A DNA stretch of 64,000 bases from assembly GCF_009914755.1 (NCBI RefSeq), contig NC_060938.1. The stretch is one strand, 5' to 3'. Below the pieces are notes generated by a model. That model was not told the origin of the DNA, made no database searches, and was given only the letters and a program-made list of their open reading frames with translations. The stretch comes from the human T2T-CHM13v2.0 reference genome, Homo sapiens. This document shows, in pieces, positions 12,751 to 24,889 of the stretch (the stretch's first letter is position 1; every line of letters begins with the position of its first letter). The position numbers were made by a program, and so were the translations under genes.

Positions 12751-13086
12751 GGCCCCTGGTCCAATGTCCCCTTCCCAGAACCCCTGTTTCCCTGGTGTGG
12801 GGTGCAGGTCCTTCTGTGGCCCTGTGGGCCGTGCTTGTGCTGGGCACAGCCTGCCAGGGCAGCCACTCAAGCCCCAGGGCTGGGCACTGCGTCCTGGCTC
12901 TGGCCAAGGGCCCTGGGGAGAGCTGAGGGAGGTGCATGCAGGGTGTGAGGCCCACCACAGTCACTGCCAGATGCTCAGTGCTGGTGCTTCCCTGGGTCTG
13001 CTGTGTGGTGGGCACAGCCCTCGTGAGGGCTGCCCATGGAGGAGGCCTGCCGCCTAGAGAGCCCGGACAGGGGGACAATGGCCTGT

Positions 13087-13285
13087 GCTGACCCTGGCGG
13101 AACCCTGGCTGGCCCCAGATGACCCCAGATGGCCCTGGCTGACCCTGGCGGAACCCAGATGACCCTGGCTGACCCTGGCTGGCCCTGGCTGACCCCAGAT
13201 GACCCTGGCTGACCCTGGCTGATCCTGGCTGACCCTGGCTGACCTCTGCCTAACCCTGGACCTGGAAAGCCCTAGCTGACCCCGG
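13087..13285. repeat. 10-bp tandem repeat (GACCCTGGCT) next to hs3
   Basis: About 18-19 units of GACCCTGGCT/GACCCCAGAT. Confidence 0.9.
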
Positions 13286-13299
13286 GCTGGTTGGGGCTG

Positions 13300-13560
13300 G
13301 GCCTCCCTGTGGCTGCAGCCCCTCGCTCAGGCCCCAGGCACACCTGGCCAGGTCTCGGTTTTGGGGCATGTTTCTCAGAACAGCAGTTCTCTGGCTGGAA
13401 CACCTGGCCTGGGCTGTGTTCACAATGACTCAGCCGCCCCACAGGGCTATTTTGGATATTTCTGCAGGTGATGGGGTACAAGAGGCTTCAGGAGAGAGAG
13501 AAAAGCAAGAGAATACAAACAGCATGGCCTCCCCCGACCTTCCTGTCCCCACTCCTGTAC
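13300..13560. promoter_or_regulatory. hs3 enhancer of IGH 3'RR2 (core)
   Basis: Lies between the 20-bp array and the palindrome. Motif cluster: E-boxes CACCTG at 13341 and 13401, STAT TTCTCAGAA 13372-13380, AP-1/MARE TGACTCAGC 13426-13434, MEF2-like CTATTTTGG 13447-13455. Boundaries are approximate. Confidence 0.75.
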
Positions 13561-13912
13561 TGTACCCCCTCCCCAGTGCTAAGTCGAGACCTGGCGACCC
13601 CTTAGGGGCTGGGGCTGGGTGTAGCTCACAGGGCCTGGGCTGGTCCTCTCCCCACCAAGTCCTCCTGGGGCCTACACACCCCTCTGAGCCTGGAAAAATG
13701 GAGCAAGCCATTGGGGTCATTTCTTCATCTACCAGTGAGTACATGCACTGAGAGGGTCTCGGCTCCCCTGGAGGCCTCCCTCCACCACTGCAGGTCACTT
13801 ACTCATGAGGGCCAAGGCTCAGAAATCAGACAGGACTCAGTGTCTAGTCAGACTGATACATGCTCAGAAAAGGAATCAGATTTCAAAATGAATATGTATA
13901 AGAAAAGAACCG

Positions 13913-16495
13913 GGGATCAGTGATCAGGAACAGGGATCCATGATCTGGTCCAGGGCTCAGCGGTCAGGAACAGGGCCCAGCGATCAGGACCAGGGCTCAG
14001 TAATCAGGACCAGGGCCCAGTGATCAGGACCAGGGCCCAGCGATTGGGTCCAGGGCTCAGTGATCAGGAACAGGGCTCAGTGATCAGGACCAGGGCCCAG
14101 TGATCAGGAACAGGGGCCAGTGACTGGGTCCAGGGCTCAGTAATCAGGACCAGGGCTCAGTGATCAGGACCAGGGCTCAGTGATCAGGAACAGGGGTTAG
14201 TGATCAGGAACAGGGCTCAGTGATCAGGACCAGCATTCAGTGATCAGGACCAGGGCTCAGTGATCAGGAACAGGGCTCAGTGATCAGGAACAGGGGTTAG
14301 TGATCAGGAACAGGGCTCAGTGATCAGGACCAGCACTCAGTGATCAGGACCAGGGCCCAGTGATCAGGAACAGGGGCCAGTGACTGGGTCCAGGGCTCAG
14401 TAATCAGGACCAGGGCTCAGTGATCAGGACCAGGGCTCAGTGATCAGGAATAGGGGTTAGTGATCAGGAACAGGGCTCAGTGATCAGGACCAGGGCTCAG
14501 TGATCAGGAACAGGGCTCAGTGATCAGGAACAGTGGTCAGTGATCAGGAACAGGGGTTAGTGATCAGGAACAGGGCTCAGTGATCGGGACCAGGGCTCAG
14601 TGATCAGGACCAGGGCCCAGTGATTGTGTCCAGGGCTCAGTGATCAGGACCAGGGCTCAGTGATCAGGAACAGGGCTCAGTGATCAGGAACAGGGGTTAG
14701 TGATCAGGAACAGGGCTCAGTGATCAGGACCAGCACTCAGTGATCAGGACCAGGGCCCAGTGATCAGGACCAGGGCCCAGCGATTGGGTCCAGGGCTCAG
14801 TAATCAGGACCAGGGCCCAGTGATCAGGAACAGGGCTCAGTGATCAGGAACAGGGGTTAGTGATCAGGAACAGGGGTTAGTGATCAGGAACAGGGCTCAG
14901 TGATCAGGAACAGGGCTCAGAGATCAGGACCAGGGCCCAGCGATTGGGTCCAGAGCTCAGTGATCAGGAACAGGGCCCAGCGATCAGGACCAGGGCTCAG
15001 TAATCAGGACCAGGGCTCAGTGATCAGGACCAGGGCCCAGTGATCAGGAACAGGGGCCAGTGACTGGGTCCAGGGCTCAGTAATCAGGACCAGGGCTCAG
15101 TGATCAGGAACAGCGGTTAGTGATCAGGAACAGGGCTCAGTGATCAGGACCAGCGCTCAGTGATCAGGAGCAGGGCTCAGTAATCAGGACCAGGGCCCAG
15201 TGATCAGGAACAGGGCTCAGTGATCAGGAACAGGGGTTAGTGATCAGGAACAGGGCTCAGTGATCAGGACCAGGGCCCAGCGATTGGGTCCAGAGCTCAG
15301 TGATCAGGAACAGGGCCCAGCGATCAGGACCAGGGCTCAGTAATCAGGACCAGGGCTCAGTGATCAGTACCAGGGCCCAGCGATTGGGTCCAGGGCTCAG
15401 TGATCAGGACCAGGGCCCAGCGATTGGGTCCAGGGCTCAGTGATCAGGAACAGGGCCCAGCGATCAGGACCAGGGCTCAGTAATCAGGACCAGGGCTCAG
15501 TGATCAGGACCAGGGCCCAGCGATTGGGTCCAGGGCTCAGTGATCAGGAACAGGGCCCAGCGATTGGGTCCAGGGCTCAGTGATCAGGAACAGGGCCCAG
15601 CGATCAGGACCAGGGCTCAGTAATCAGGACCAGGGCTCAGTGATCAGGACCAGGGCCCAGCGATTGGGTCCAGGGCTCAGTGATCAGGACCAGGGCCCAG
15701 CGATTGGGTCCAGGGCTCAGTGATCAGGAACAGGGGTTAGTGATCAGGAACAGGGCTCAGTGATCAGGAACAGGGGTTAGTGATCAGGAACAGGGCTCAG
15801 TGATCAGGACCAGGGCCCAGTGATTGGGTCCAGGGCTCAGTGATCAGGAACAGGGCCCAGCGATCAGGACCAGGGCTCAGTAATCAGGACCAGGGCTCAG
15901 TGATCAGGACCAGGGCCCAGCGATTGGGTCCAGGGCTCAGTGATCAGGACCAGGGCCCAGCGATTGGGTCCAGGGCTCAGTGATCAGGAACAGGGGCCAG
16001 TGATCAGGACCAGGGCCCAGCCATTGGGTCCAGGGCTCAGTGATCAGGAACAGGGCTGAGTGACCAGGACCAGGGCTGAGTGATCAGGTCCAGGGCTGAG
16101 TGATGAGGACCAGGGCTGAGTGAGGAGGTCCAGGGCTGAGTGACGAGGTCCAGGGCTGAGTGACGAGGTCCAGGGCTGAGTGACGAGGACCAGGGCTGAG
16201 TGACGAGGTCCAGGGCTGAGTGACGAGGACCAGGGCTGAGTGACCAGGACCAGGGCTGAGTGATGAGGTCCAGGGCTGAGTGACAAGGACCAGGGCTGAG
16301 TGACGAGGTCCAGGGCAAAAAACAGGAGTAGGACTCAGTGATCAGGACTAAGGCTCAGTGATCAAGGCTAGAATTAAGTGATCAGGAACAGGGACCAAGT
16401 AGTAGGACCAGAGCTCAGTGATCGGTAAACGGGCCCACTGGTCAGGACCAGGGCCCTGTGATCAGGATGAGGACCCAGTGAGGAGGACCAGGGCT
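13913..16495. repeat. 20-bp tandem array 3' of C-alpha2 (TGATCAGGA(C/A)CAGGGCTCAG), ~120 core units
   Basis: Unbroken 20-nt register from 13921 to ~16316 with degenerate flanks. Confidence 0.97.
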
Positions 16496-16775
16496 GTCTA
16501 GGTTATGAGGAATAGGGATCCCATGTAGTTCTTGGGAGCAGGCTTCTTTGCCATGTTCTCTGGTGAATCCAGCATTCATCCTTGGGCCTCAGCCTCATGC
16601 AAGATCAGGTCATTTCTTGATTTTGGGACCAGGGGTACCCTCTGTCCATGCCCACCATGACCACCATGACACCCAGGGGGACTTTGAAGCAGGCGTTCTC
16701 CAGTCTAAAGCCACCACCCTTTCCCTGACCCCCGTCTCCTCATTCAGAGTCTGTGAACATTTTCCTTGGGGCCAC

Positions 16776-16781
16776 TTTATT
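16776..16781 (-). terminator. IGHA2: Poly(A) signal AATAAA for membrane alpha2 mRNA
   Basis: TTTATT on the + strand ~400 nt downstream of the M-exon stop. Confidence 0.75.
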
Positions 16782-17185
16782 GCACCTGGAAGCCACGTGA
16801 GTAAGGGCGGGTCGGTGATGTCTGAAAGGGCTGAGTTCTGGCAAGCATAGCTGGCTTCTCCAAGAGGTTCCTCCACACTTCCTCCCTGCAAAGACAGAGG
16901 GGTCACAGCCTGAAGGAGCAGCATCCTTGCCAACGCCCTCTGTCTCAGCCCTGGCCTGGCTCATGGGAGCCTGGACGGAATCCTCGTTACTGCACTGGAG
17001 GGAAGCTCAGCCCTGACCCTGGGCCTGCGCGTGTCCTCAGTGTCTGTGAAGGGCCCCCAGGAGAGCACGTCCCCCCACAGTGGGAGCAGGTGGTGCTCTC
17101 CTCTTAGCCAATCACTGCAGCCCACCTCATCTACTGTGGGCTCATCCCCCTCCTGGGCTCCCACCTGTGCCTTGCCGGCTCCCGC

Positions 17186-17382
17186 TCAGTACTGGGGGCC
17201 CTCCCTCTTGCCAGATGGGCCCCGGACGCTGGTCACGGTCAGTGCTGTGCTATAGAACAGGCTCAGCAGGAAGAGGGTGAGGAAGGTGATGGTGGTGGGC
17301 CACAGGTTGGCGCCGGGGGTCTCCTCCTCCAGGGTCTCCTGCGGCAAGTCCAGCACCACATAGGGAGGCGGCATCTGCCAAT
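17186..17382 (-). CDS. IGHA2: IgA2 membrane exon (DWQMPPPYVVLDLPQETLEEETPGANLWPTTITFLTLFLLSLFYSTALTVTSVRGPSGKREGPQY*)
   Basis: Acceptor AG at 17383-17384 and stop at 17186-17188; spliced from the internal CH3 donor G|GTAAA at 20031/20030; a second in-frame acceptor lies at 17401-17402. Confidence 0.95.
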
Positions 17383-17959
17383 CTGCAACACAGCAAGAGC
17401 CTGCCAGGCCCAGACTCCCAGACTCGTGTGAACAGCGGCTATGCTTCCTTGGGGTCTGGGGACAGTGGGGTCTGGGTCCCCATCTAAGGCCTGAGACTCC
17501 CCCAGGGAGGATGAGGAGGCAGGGTCCCAGGTGAGGGGCTCGGACCTTCTGTCTTTGACATTCTTAGGGCACTTCAGGGAGAGACTTGGCAGGGCAGAAA
17601 GTGGACACCATCTGCTTCTCCAAGGGAAGCTTGAGCCCGAGGTACCCTCCCGCCCCTCCCACCCCACCCCGTCTCAGTCCCAGCCACGTATTCAGTGACT
17701 GGGTCCCGGGGCCAGAGAGGACCAGACACACCCACCCTCAAGGAGATCTGGGTCCAAGACAGAGACCTGGGTCTGACACTCAGTGTGCCAAAGGTTGAAT
17801 GGGCAAGACCAGAGGCCTCTGTTGCCTTCCCAGGGAATGTGGCTGAGGGGTTACAAGCGAGGGCCAGGTGAGGGCCACCAGCACGGGCATCCTCATTTTC
17901 CTCAGGGTCTCAGGGCATAGACCTCCCATGTACAGCTGTACCTGCTTGTCATATGCTGA

Positions 17960-18620
17960 TACATCCAGTCATTCACCTGTCTTTCTATCCTTCCGTCCAT
18001 CTATCCATCCATCCATCTATAAAGCTATTATCCGTATATCCACCCCTCCATCAGTAACACTCCTACCCACTCACCCAACCATTCATCCTCCATTCATCTA
18101 TTAATGTAAGGCTATCACTTAAATATCCACCCATATATCTATAAAGCTATTTTCCATCCATTCATCCTTCTTCCATCTATCCATCCATCCATTCACCCAT
18201 CCATCTATAAAGCTATTTTCCATCTCTTCATTCATCCATTCATAAAGCAATTCTCCATCCAATTATCTTCCATACACCTATCCTCCATAGATCTACCCAC
18301 CCACCCACCCATCTATCCTCAATCCTCCCTCCATCCACCCATCCTCCATTCACCCCTCCATCTATCTTCCATCCTCCATCCACCCTTCCATCCTCCATCC
18401 GCCTACCCACCCATCCATCATCCATCCATCCATCATCCATCCATCAGTCCATCCATCTTCCATCCTTCATCCACTCATCCATCCTCCATCCACCCATCCT
18501 TCATCCATCCATCCATCACATATCCATCCGTCCATCCTCCATCCAGCCATTTACCCACCCATCCATTTTACCACCCATCCATCCTTCATCTACCCACCCT
18601 CCATCCACCCATCCATTCAT
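17960..18620. repeat. (CCAT)n-type simple repeat
   Basis: Degenerate CCAT/TCCA tract in the CH3-M intron. Confidence 0.9.
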
Positions 18621-19938
18621 TATATGTCCTAGGATCTACCCATGTGTCTGCCTGATCTCTGTCTGCTGGTTCAGCCCCTCATCTGTTGATTCTCTCTCTT
18701 TCCCCCTCTCTTTAAAAGCCCCTCCCCAGGCCAGGTCCTGGGTCCCATGGGCTGGAGGGCTTCTCTGTGGCAGGGCTTCCCCAAGTGACCTGTTGCTCTC
18801 AATTACCCTCTGGTGACTGGACCCTCAGGGGTGACAGTGGCCTCCACCTCACCTTGGCCCTGAGAGCAGAGGGAGGCAGCCAGAAGGCGGGGGCCCCTGG
18901 GGAGGCCCGGAAGATGTCTAAGGCACGAGCAGGGGCCCCACTGCCCCCTTGTGGGAGTCCGGGTGCCAGGTGTCCCCACAGTGGTTGTGGGACTGTTCTT
19001 TCACTCCTGGGAGCCCCAGGCAGAAGCCAGAGGCATGCAGAGGGCCCTGGGCAGGCCCTGTCTCACTGGCCTGCTTCTGATGCCACCCCACGCGGCCCCT
19101 CCCTGTCTATGCTTTGGGTCCTAGTTGGGCTTAGGAAGGGATGGGAGACTTGGCCAGGCAGGGAGCAGGGGCTGCCTGGGAGGGGTCTGTGGAGTTGGTG
19201 CCTGATCTGTGCACAGTGGAAACACAGGGAAGCCAGAGGGGCCTGGGGGAGCAGGCTGAGCTTGGGGGCTTGGGAGGGGACTCCCCTGGCTTTTCTGGAA
19301 CTGGGTCTGGGCTGTGAACGTTCCACTCCTGCAGGGCTCAGGCGTATATGTGAGTGTGAGTGTGCATGTGTGCCCACGTGCCCCGTACAGAGCAGTGTGG
19401 TTAAGGGGAGGTGCCCCTTCCTGCATGCGTCAGTGGGACGTCCTGAGGCCCACCCACTAGGGTGGTGGGGCCCTCCTGGAGCTTGTCCTCCCAGTGGGGC
19501 CCTGGAGTCCAGCCCCTCACTCCCTCGCCGCTCCTGCCACTACCTGCGCCTTTCTTGGCTAGCCTGCTCCTTTTACCCTCCCTATTCCCTCCCAGCTACA
19601 GCCAGAGGCGGCTCTCTCAGGGACAAACGGCCATGCCACTGCTCACTCAGAACTGTCCGGGGCATGTGCGTCTCTCAGAACCCATCCTGGGCTGTGCCTG
19701 CCTTGGCAGACCTAAGATCTCACACCAGCGAGGCCTCCTGCACCACACACTCTCACACTCACAACTCACACTCACACCAGGGTGGAAAGTCTCATGGGGG
19801 TGCCAGGGGCCCCCCGAGGCTCAGGGCAGGGGGTATTCTTCCCTGTCCATGCCCTGGCCCTTTCCCAAGTGCTGAGACCCTGAGGATGGACAGACAGGCG
19901 CCGGATGGAAGCGTGGGGCTGCTTGGGGGAGCATGGAG

Positions 19939-19944
19939 TTTATT
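19939..19944 (-). terminator. IGHA2: Poly(A) signal AATAAA for secreted alpha2 mRNA
   Basis: TTTATT ~25 nt after the CH3/tailpiece stop. Confidence 0.92.
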
Positions 19945-19968
19945 CAGGGGTGGGGACAGGCGGGCGGC

Positions 19969-20363
19969 TCAGTAGCAGGTGCCGTCCACCTCCGCCATGA
20001 CAACAGACACATTGACATGGGTGGGTTTACCCGCCAAGCGGTCGATGGTCTTCTGTGTGAAGGCCAGCGGCAGGGCCTCGTGGCCCACCATGCAGGAGAA
20101 GGTGTCCCCCTTCTTCCAGTCCTCGGCTGCCACGCGCAGTATGCTGGTCACAGCGAAGGTGGTGGTGCCCTGGCTGGGCTCCTGCCGGGATGCCCAAGTC
20201 AGGTACTTCTCGCGGGGCAGCTCCTGTGACCCCTGCAGCCAGCGAACCAGCACATCCTTGGGGCTGAAGCCACGTGCCAGGCACGTCAGCGTCACCAGCT
20301 CGTTCAGGGCCAGCTCCTCCGACGGCGGCGGCAGCAGGTGGACCTCGGGCCGGAATGTGTTTC
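19969..20363 (-). CDS. IGHA2: IgA2 CH3 plus secretory tailpiece
   Basis: GNTFRPEVHLLPPPSEEL...GKPTHVNVSVVMAEVDGTCY*; acceptor at 20364-20365. Confidence 0.99.
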
Positions 20364-20585
20364 CTGGAGGGTAGAGAGCCAGGTCAGGGGGCTGGGCAGG
20401 GGATGAGAGAGCCCCTCTGCTCTGGTGGGCACCCTGGGCTGTGTCCTGGCCCCTCAGCCTGCCTCAGTTTCCCTCTGTACTTGGCATGAGCACTGGAGCC
20501 CAGGATTGGGAGGGAGGAGGCAGGCCGGGAATATGCTTTGCAAACCAGAGCACTGAGCAGGGCCCCGAGCAGGGTCTGGACCCAC

Positions 20586-20906
20586 CGGATTTTGTGATGT
20601 TGGCGGTTAGTGGGGTCTTCAACTCGGGGTGGGCAGCAGTGCAGGTGAAGGTCTCCCCATGGTTCCATGGCTGGGCACAGCCAGGCAGGACACTGGACAC
20701 GCTGTAGCAGCCACAGAGGTCACGCTCAGGTGGTCCTTGAACAGCGCTCTTCCCACTTGAGGGCGTCCAGGTGAAGGTGGCACCAGAGGCATCTCTCAGG
20801 CCGGTCAGTGTGCACGTGAGGTTCGCTTCTGAACCTAAGAGCAGGTCCTCGAGGGCCGGTCGGTGCAGCGACAGTCGGGGGTGGCAGCATGGGGGAGGTG
20901 GGGGAA
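20586..20906 (-). CDS. IGHA2: IgA2 hinge-CH2 exon
   Basis: Short hinge VPPPPPCCHPRL (lacks the IgA1 PSTPPTPS duplication) through ANITKS; canonical AG/GT. Confidence 0.99.
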
Positions 20907-21120
20907 CTGGAGTGGAGAGATGGCCTGAGCTGGTCAGAACGCCCTTCCCCGTGCCCCCGCCTCGCCCCTCCTGGCCTGTCCACCACCACCTCCTGGGGCT
21001 CGGCCCGCGGTCCACTCTGGTGTGAGTGAAGGGGCGGCTCCCTGTGGGGAACACGGGTGCAGGCGCAGTGTCAGGGCAGGACGGGGTGGCCCCGCCCCAC
21101 TCCCCAGCCTGCCCTCTGAC

Positions 21121-21426
21121 CTGGGCAGGGCACAGTCACATCCTGGCTGGGATTCGTGTAGTGCTTCACGTGGCATGTCACGGACTTGCCGTCTGGGCAC
21201 TGTGTGGCCGGCAGGGTCAGCTGGCTGCTCGTGGTGTACAGGTCCCCGGAGGCATCCTGGCTAGGTGGGAAGTTTCTGGCGGTCACGTTCTGTCCGCTTT
21301 CGCTCCAGGTCACACTGAGTGGCTCCTGGGGGAAGAAGCCCTGGACCAGGCATGCGACGACCACGTTCCCATCTTGGGGGGTGCTGTCGAGGCTCAGCGG
21401 GAAGACCTTGGGGCTGGTCGGGGATG
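21121..21426 (-). CDS. IGHA2: IgA2 CH1 exon
   Basis: ASPTSPKVFPLSLDSTPQDGNVVVACL...HYTNPSQDVTVPCP; canonical AG/GT. Confidence 0.99.
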
Positions 21427-22214
21427 CTGGAACACAGAATGCGCTGTGAGGACGCGGCCCTCATGCCATGTCCCCAGGAGGACAGGCTGTACCTGCCTCT
21501 CCTCTACACTGGAGGAACCCAGCACAGAGAGGCCTGGTGACAGCCCCAAGGTTACACAGCTCCTGCACCATGGGCCTGCGGTTGGACCCAGCTGTCTCAT
21601 CCCAGCGACACAGTTTCTGAACATGCTCCTTAGATAGGGCCTCTGACCCAGGCCATCCCAGACACAAGTTATATTAAACAGGGCTCTGCCATGGAGTGGC
21701 TGAGTCCCCTGAGCTCCCTGACCCCAGTTCCTGCTCTGGGTGGGGGACATATCTTGCTCTTTCCCCTGCCCCTAGAGAGGATTTTGGTGGGGGCTCTGAG
21801 GAGGGGGCCTGGGCTCTGAGTGCTGTGTGCATGGGGTAGGGGTGGAGTGGCTTGGCTGTGACCCCATCCCCCTGTCCCTGGTCAGAGTCTCAGTCCAACA
21901 CCCACCACTCCATGAGCCCCACCCCAGGCCCAAACAAGCCACAGTGGACCCCTGTGGCCTATGAGGTCTCGGGACTAGAGGCCAACAGGCTAAGCCATGT
22001 CCCTGCCAGGCCCTCCAGGACAGGGCCTGTTACCCAGGGGAGCTCTGGGCCCAGCCCACTCCAAATTTCCTTCAGGCAGTGGGCAAGAGAGAAGACAGAA
22101 TCATGGTGCAACAGAGCTGCGTGGCCCTCAGAACCCCTAAGAACACAGCTGGGCTCAGGGCTCTGCAGGTGGAGTCACACTCAACCCACGGCCTCCTTCC
22201 CACATTAGCAGCCA

Positions 22215-24245
22215 CCTCAGCTCATCCAGCCCAGCCCAGCCCAGGCCAGTCCAGCTCAGTCCAGCTCAGTCCAGCCCAGCCCAGCTCAGCCCAGCTCAGC
22301 CCAGCCCACCCCAGGGCAGCTCAGTACAGCTCATCCCAGCCCAGCCCAGCCCAGCTCAGCTCAGCTCAGCCCAGCCCAGCCCAGCTCAGTCCACCTAAGC
22401 TCACCCAGCTCAGCCCAGTCTAGCTCAGCTCAGTCCAGCTCAGCCCAGTCTAGCCCAGCCCAGTACAGGTCAGCCCAGCTCAGCTTAGCCCAGGTCAGTC
22501 CAGCTCAGTACAGCTCAGCTCAGCCCAGCCCAGTCCAACCCAGCCCAGCCCAGTCCAACCCAGCCCAGCTCAGCTCAGCCCAGCCCAGCTCAGCTCAGCT
22601 CAGCCCAGCCCAGTCCAACCCAGCCCAGCCCAGCTCAGCCCAGGTCAACGCAACCCAGCTCAGCTCAGCATAGCTCAGTCCAGCTCAGCCCAGCCCAGCT
22701 CAGCCCAGCTCAGCTCAGCCCAGCCCAGCTCAGCCCAGCTCAGCTCAGCCCAGACCAGCTCAGTCCACCTAAGCTCACCCAGTTCAGCCCAGTCCAGCTC
22801 AGATCAGGTCAGCCCAGCCCAGCCCAGCCTAGCCCAGCTCAGCTCAGCCCAGCCCGGCCCAGTCCAGCTCAGCTCAGCTCAGCTCAGCTCAGCCTAGCCC
22901 AGTCCAGTTTAGCCCAGCTCAGCCCAGCCCAGCTCAGCCCAGCCCAGCCTAGCCCAGCCTAGCTCACCCCAGCCTAGTCCAGCTCAGCCCAGCTCAGCTC
23001 AGCCCAGCTCAGCACAGCCCAGCTCAGCCCAGCTCAGCCCAGCTCAGCCCAGTCTAGCTCAGCCCAGCTCAGCCCGGCCCAGCCGAGCTCAGCCCAGCCC
23101 AGCCCAGTCCAGCTCAGCCCAGTCTAGCTCAGCCCAGCTCAGCCGGGCCCAGCCGAGCTCAGCCCAGCCCAGCCCAGTCCAGCCCAGCCCAATCTAGCCC
23201 AGCCCAGCTCAGCCCAGTCCAGCCCAGCCCAGCCCAGTCCAGCCCAGCACAGTCCAGCCCAGCACAGTCCAGCCCAGCCCAGTCTAGCCCAGTCTAGCCC
23301 AGTCCAGCTCAGCCCAGCCCAGGCCAGCCCAGGCCAGCCCAGCCCAGCCCAGCCCAGCTCAGTCCAGCTCAGCTCAGCCCAGCTCAGCCTAGCCCAGTCC
23401 AGCCCAGCCCAATCTAGCCCAGCCCAGCCCAGCCTAGCCCAGCCCAGCCCAGCCCAGCCCAGCCCAGCCTAGCCCAGCCCAGCCCAGCTCAGTCCAGCTC
23501 AGCTCAGCCCAGCTCAGCCCAGCCCAGCCCAGCCCAGCTCAGCCCAGCCCAGCCTAGCCCAGCCCAGCCCAGCCCAGCCCAGCTCAGTCCAGCTCAGCTC
23601 AGCCCAGCTCAGCCTAGCCCAGTCCAGCCCAGCCCAATCTAGCCCAGCCCAGCCCAGCCCAGCCCAGCCCAGCCCAGCTCAGTCCAGCTCAGCTCAGCCC
23701 AGCTCAGCCCAGCCCAGCCCAGCCTAGCCCAGCCCAGCCCAGCCCAGCCCAGCCCAGCTCAGCCCAGCCCAGCCCAGCTCAGTCCAGCTCAGCTCAGCCC
23801 AGCTCAGCCTAGCCCAGTCCAGCCCAGCCCAATCTAGCCCAGCCCAGCCCAGCCCAGCCCAGCCCAGCCCAGCCCAGCTCAGTCCAGCTCAGCTCAGCCC
23901 AGCTCAGCCTAGCCCAGTCCAGCCCAGCCCAATCTAGCCCAGCCCAGTCCAGCCCAGCCCAGCCTAGCCCAGCCCAGCCCAGCCCAGCCCAGCCCAGCCC
24001 AGCCTAGCCCAGCCCAGCCCAGCTCAGTCCAGCTCAGCTCAGCCCAGCTCAGCCCAGCCCAGCCCAGCCCAGTCCACCTCAGCCCCAGCTCCAGCTCAGC
24101 TCAGCCCAGCCCAGCTCAGCCCAGCCTAGCCCAGCCCAGCTCAGCCCAGCTCAGCTCAGTTCAGCTCAGCCCAGTCCAGTGTAGCCTAGCTCAGCCCAGT
24201 GTAGCCTAGCTCAGCCCAGCCCAGGCCAGGGCAGCTCAGGGCAGC
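22215..24245 (-). repeat. Switch region S-alpha2
   Basis: ~2 kb of pentamers reading GAGCT/GGGCT/GGACT on the minus strand, upstream of C-alpha CH1. Confidence 0.98.
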
Positions 24246-24619
24246 CCACATGGACGTGTATCAGTTGGCTCCAGGTCATCTTCTCCTCTGCCCTCTGGCT
24301 CGGCTCAGCCTAGGCCTCGGCTCAACTTAGGCCTCAGCTCAGCCATGAAAGCTGTTCACCTTGTATCCCAGGAAGGGCCGGGTCATCCCAGCTTAGGCCT
24401 GGCCAGCCTGGCTCAGCCCCCAGTGCCCAGATCCTTCCTGCCTGGTTAGGAAGCCCTGCCCTGTGGTTCCGGAGTCCCTGTGGTGACCTCTTTTGTCCTT
24501 CCCTCTTGTCTTGGTGCCTGTTCTCCACCTTTTGCTTCCAGAAGGGGCCAGGACCAGCCTGGCTGGACTCCTCAATGTGCAGAGGAGGAGACGGAGGCCT
24601 GGAGACCTCCAAGACCCAC

Positions 24620-24880
24620 CTGGTCAGGCTGCTGGAGGGCCCGCAGTGCTGAGTGGGCGGCCTCCGGCGTGCAGGCCCTCATGGCAGGTCCACCCTCACG
24701 GGCGTCTGGCTGCCTGCCAAGAGGGCTGCTGTGGGGAGGGAGCCCTGGCCCGGCCCAGGTCCTGCCTTGATGGCCGTCTGTCCTTAGCAGAGCCCTGCTC
24801 CGCCGCGCTGGCTGTGTCCACAGATGTGGCTGGATGCTGAGGGGCTGGAGGGGAGGGCCTGCATGCCCGTACGTCTGGCC
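24620..24880 (-). ncRNA. I-alpha2 germline-transcript exon (5' end approximate)
   Basis: Donor CAG|GTGGGT at 24620/24619 upstream of S-alpha; contains recognisable I-alpha sequence CAGCAGCCCTCTTGGCAGGCAGCCAG. Confidence 0.7.
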
Positions 24881-24889
24881 TACAGACGG

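Noticed and set aside
18767-19975. 402-aa plus-strand ORF antisense to the IGHA2 CH3-M intron
   Set aside because: No recognisable domain; expected by chance in stop-poor GC-rich DNA.
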